Below, one piece after another: positions 61,114 through 64,000 of a stretch of DNA of 64,000 nt (position 1 is the stretch's first letter; the number at the start of each line of letters is the position of its first letter). The notes below the pieces were generated by a model. That model searched no databases, was not told the DNA's origin, and saw only the letters and a list, made by a program, of their open reading frames with translations. The position numbers and the translations under genes were made by a program. The stretch is from a virus, in the IMG/VR virus record IMGVR_UViG_3300045391_003766, positions 5,395-69,394 of that record; one strand, given 5' to 3'.

Positions 61114-61439
61114 TCGGGTAACGTTGCAAAATCCAGAAAGGGAATGCGCCGGGTCTCTTGCAGGCGCTCGAAATCATACGGCGCGGGTGCCGCCGTGCGA
61201 CGAAAAGCAATTGCCACTCGGTCTGGCGGCAGCGGGCCAGTATGGAACCTAGGATCAAGCCCGCGATAGGTCTGCATTCGATTCCCGCGTATGCTCTGCC
61301 TACGAAGATGCGCCACGCGAGGATCAATTCGCCGGGGCATCGTTTTGAAGTCAGTGTATTCACTGTGCTCATAGATGCGGCCAAACCAGCGTGGGCCGTC
61401 GCCGCCGAGCATAAGAAAAGCTACTTGGTGTTCTCTCAT
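61110..61439 (-). CDS. Arg-rich hypothetical protein
   Basis: Start at ATG 61439, overlapping the upstream stop. Confidence 0.45.
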   Translation of the reverse strand: MREHQVAFLMLGGDGPRWFGRIYEHSEYTDFKTMPRRIDPRVAHLRRQSIRGNRMQTYRGLDPRFHTGPLPPDRVAIAFRRTAAPAPYDFERLQETRRIPFLDFATLPE

Positions 61440-61846
61440 GCGGGCGAAAATTTGGTGTTGAAAACATCGAATGGCGTTTGGACCGGCCATTCGTCGGTGG
61501 CTTGCAATCCGTTTGGGTTGAACCTGAACATCACGACGTAAGCTTGGCCTTTCGCATCAAAGCCCACGTTCAGTTCTGAGTATGCCTCGTCGTGATACGC
61601 GCGGTTCGGCACTACACATTTGCCGGAGATGTTGTCCACCACTTTGAAGGGAACAAGCATCGTGCCATCGTAACGAAAACGAATCGGCCAAGGGTCGCGA
61701 ACCCAGCGAACTATTTTTGCTGGATAGACGCGCTCTTCACTCGCCCATGCGTCAGGCTCCGGTGTGGAGGCACGCAATGCGAAAGGCGCAGCAAACAGAC
61801 CTGCCGCCGCTACGACGGTTCGACGAAAAAAGTTTCGACGGTTCAT
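61436..61846 (-). CDS. Twin-arginine-signal protein with an MCP-like segment
   Basis: MNRRNFFRRTVVAAAGLFAAPFALRA; aa 51-91 resemble MCP aa 270-316. Confidence 0.6.
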   Translation of the reverse strand: MNRRNFFRRTVVAAAGLFAAPFALRASTPEPDAWASEERVYPAKIVRWVRDPWPIRFRYDGTMLVPFKVVDNISGKCVVPNRAYHDEAYSELNVGFDAKGQAYVVMFRFNPNGLQATDEWPVQTPFDVFNTKFSPA

Positions 61847-61857
61847 AACGAAAGGGA

Positions 61858-62031
61858 CAAGTGAGCAATCGTTATTCAGCGCGCGGTGCTACCGCAACAA
61901 CAGAACAGTTCCCGGATACCTGCGTTTGGCCATCTCAAAAATCCGCAGACGATGTGTTTTGCTTTCCGGCTCACTTGATTAAATTGGTGGAGCACTGGCT
62001 ACGCCGCCAGCCCCCGGTAAAGGAGAGACCG
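61858..62031 (-). ncRNA. Candidate structured leader RNA
   Basis: 9-bp closing inverted repeat with nested stems and two upstream hairpins, in a 233-nt intergenic gap. Confidence 0.35.
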
Positions 62032-62079
62032 GGAATCAAACCTCTATGCAAGGTATGGTTGCGTAAATCTCTCACAGCT

Positions 62080-62313
62080 TCACAGTTTTATGTGCGGCGC
62101 TTTTGCGTCTGGCGTTGGTTCAGCCACTCCGTATCGCTTCACTTTCTTTCCCGGATGCACCTGAACGAATCCGTCGTAGTCGCTGGCTGGAAACGCAATT
62201 TCCTCGAAGTTGGTCCGCCAGTTTTCATCGTGTTTGTAACGTGGTGCGTCGCCTTTTCCTGCGCCGCCTTTGAGACCGAGGTCTCGCCGTCCGCCTTGAG
62301 AATGTCTTGGCAT
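62080..62313 (-). CDS. Small hypothetical protein
   Basis: GAGKGDAPRY...WRTNFEEIAF, a pattern common in small phage proteins. Confidence 0.5.
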   Translation of the reverse strand: MPRHSQGGRRDLGLKGGAGKGDAPRYKHDENWRTNFEEIAFPASDYDGFVQVHPGKKVKRYGVAEPTPDAKAPHIKL

Positions 62314-62317
62314 ATGA

Positions 62318-62584
62318 TCAATTAGTTGGTGTTATTTTGTTTTTGAGATACTCGCGCGCCGCGTCGTTCACTGGCTCAATTGTCCAGCCGTGCATGCGGC
62401 AATGACTCATCACATAATCGAGGGTTTGACGATTGAACAGGTGATACAAGAACGGTGCCGTGGCTGTCACAACTCCATCCTGCCGGACAGCAAGGCCAGC
62501 GCAGAATGGCACTTCGCCAGTTCGCCCAGCTTTAGTTCCTGTGACCTGAAAAGTCATGGGCGAACTATAGCACGAATTTTTCAT
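62318..62584 (-). CDS. Hypothetical protein
   Basis: FCAGLAVRQDGVVTATAPFL...GWTIEP; start position uncertain. Confidence 0.45.
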   Translation of the reverse strand: MKNSCYSSPMTFQVTGTKAGRTGEVPFCAGLAVRQDGVVTATAPFLYHLFNRQTLDYVMSHCRMHGWTIEPVNDAAREYLKNKITPTN

Positions 62585-62597
62585 GGCGCAAACCCAA

Positions 62598-63089
62598 TTA
62601 CTCGTCGAACAATTCGTCCGGCTCTGTGAGCACCACGCATTCGCCACTCAGCGCCAGCGGGATCAGCCATTTGAGATTTGGCAACACATCCCCGTTCGCG
62701 TTGCCAAGCACGCCTTGCGCGTCAAACAATGAAACCAGTTCATCCGTTGCACTGTGTATGGATGAAACGTTTCGCCATTCCGTCATTGCGCGGAAAAAGA
62801 ACACGCGCACGCCGTTCTGAAAAGTGTAGGTCGCGAAATGCCCCCATGATCGTTGGGTATCATCGCCGGTCTCTTCCTTCCATTCGCGGTGCATCGCCAT
62901 AAGAGGCGATTCGCCCGGCTCAATCTTACCGCCGATGCCATTGAGTTTGCCTCGCTGCCACGCGGGTTTTACTTTGAGGATAAGGTAAACGCCGGGCCGT
63001 TGCCAGAGGGCCAGCCGATCCGTGACGAAAAGAAATCCGCACACATAATCGGCGGGCGTTTGTGATTGTTGATCAGACGTTGATGCCAT
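62598..63089 (-). CDS. NUDIX hydrolase
   Basis: Nudix box GGKIEPGESPLMAMHREWKEETG. Confidence 0.9.
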   Translation of the reverse strand: MASTSDQQSQTPADYVCGFLFVTDRLALWQRPGVYLILKVKPAWQRGKLNGIGGKIEPGESPLMAMHREWKEETGDDTQRSWGHFATYTFQNGVRVFFFRAMTEWRNVSSIHSATDELVSLFDAQGVLGNANGDVLPNLKWLIPLALSGECVVLTEPDELFDE

Positions 63090-63381
63090 ACTTGCTTTCG
63101 AGTTCAGAATATTTTCGGATCAGTTCTTCGTGGCGAAGCCATAACTCGCGTCGCAATCGTTCAAGGTGCAGCGGTGATTGCGGCTGGGCATATTTTAATG
63201 CGTCAGCCGCAGACTCGCCTTCGATGACATCAAACCCCTTCGGTCCAATAAAGTTGGTTTGTATCCGCGAGCGAACGCCGGTATTGAAAAGCAGCCGGAC
63301 TTCGTTTGAAAACTCCAACATCACCCGCTTATTTTCGCTGCGGAGTTTGTCGAGTTCCTCTTGCGTAAGTATGAACTGCAT
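63073..63381 (-). CDS. Hypothetical protein
   Basis: Start placed at ATG 63381, just after the upstream stop. Confidence 0.45.
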   Translation of the reverse strand: MQFILTQEELDKLRSENKRVMLEFSNEVRLLFNTGVRSRIQTNFIGPKGFDVIEGESAADALKYAQPQSPLHLERLRRELWLRHEELIRKYSELESKYGINV

Positions 63382-63382
63382 A

Positions 63383-63772
63383 CTACTTGTTTGGATTGCC
63401 AACTGGGATGATGTTCGATGGCGCGCTGTCTCCACCACTGTTTGCTTCGGTTTGCTGTGCAGCTTGAGCGGCGGCGGTGCGTGCGCGAATGTCATCAACG
63501 CGGGCGAGGATGCCAGACACGGCCATGAGCAGCGGCTGGTATTCGCGGTTCAATGTGACCCACGCGCCGAGGAATTCGTCAGCGTGCGCGAGCAGCGAGT
63601 TGTGCAGGAACTTTTTCAAACCCTCCATCTCCGCGTCCTTCGTTGGCGTTGTCAGCTTGGATGAAAGCAACTCGCCCAGCTTGATGTAGGCGGCTTGCAT
63701 CTGCGCGATTTGATTGATCGTCAACGGACGATAGGAATTTGAGGGAGCTTCGGCTTGTGTATCAGTTGGCAT
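63383..63772 (-). CDS. Hypothetical helical protein
   Basis: 129-aa ORF with an A/C-rich leader. Confidence 0.5.
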   Translation of the reverse strand: MPTDTQAEAPSNSYRPLTINQIAQMQAAYIKLGELLSSKLTTPTKDAEMEGLKKFLHNSLLAHADEFLGAWVTLNREYQPLLMAVSGILARVDDIRARTAAAQAAQQTEANSGGDSAPSNIIPVGNPNK

Positions 63773-64000
63773 AAGTGTAGGTGTTGGTTAGTTGTTGATG
63801 TTGTGTTACGAAAAAAGTTCTGAAAGGGGATCAAGCGGTTCTTCTGGCGAAAGCGCCAGAGTCTTCCCGCTTGATTGTGATTCCCCCGTCGGGGAATGTA
63901 TTTTGTCTGATTGACAAATTGGTTTGGCCACGAGCGCGTCATTCTCTTTGACGATGATGTGAGTGACTGGTGCAGGCACTGGTGATACATCCACCACACC

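Overview
The window is almost entirely the genome of a tailed dsDNA phage with a podovirus-like layout. The + strand (1 to about 39.2 kb) carries the virion and morphogenesis genes: collagen-like fibres, large terminase, portal, scaffold, major capsid protein (MCP), tail adaptor/nozzle-like genes, a GNAT, ejection proteins and a 2219-aa polyvalent protein. The - strand (64 to 39.2 kb) carries small early genes and a replication module: PolA, primase-helicase, SF2 helicase, PD-(D/E)XK nuclease, RuvC-like resolvase, a sigma factor, RNA ligase, dNMP kinase, an HD protein and a NUDIX hydrolase. Both ends cut through ORFs, so the genome extends beyond the window. Starts generally lack Shine-Dalgarno sites. 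Most notable observations: (1) five glycosyltransferase-like genes and an NDP-sugar epimerase, four of the six between scaffold and MCP, plus Thr-rich G-X-T collagen fibres (candidate virion glycosylation system); (2) a giant virion protein with a zincin HExxH motif whose C-terminal half is divided by six [GA]Q[FL]QP-like motifs (candidate self-processing injected polyprotein); (3) an early gene with a twin-arginine-like N-terminus fused to a segment resembling the phage's own MCP; (4) a 10-bp motif CACTGTTT(A/T)C 2-8 nt upstream of late start codons, plausibly the promoter of the phage sigma factor; (5) three structured non-coding RNA candidates, including a pseudoknot-rich MCP leader. All calls come from reading motifs by eye and from gene order; no database search or folding program was run.
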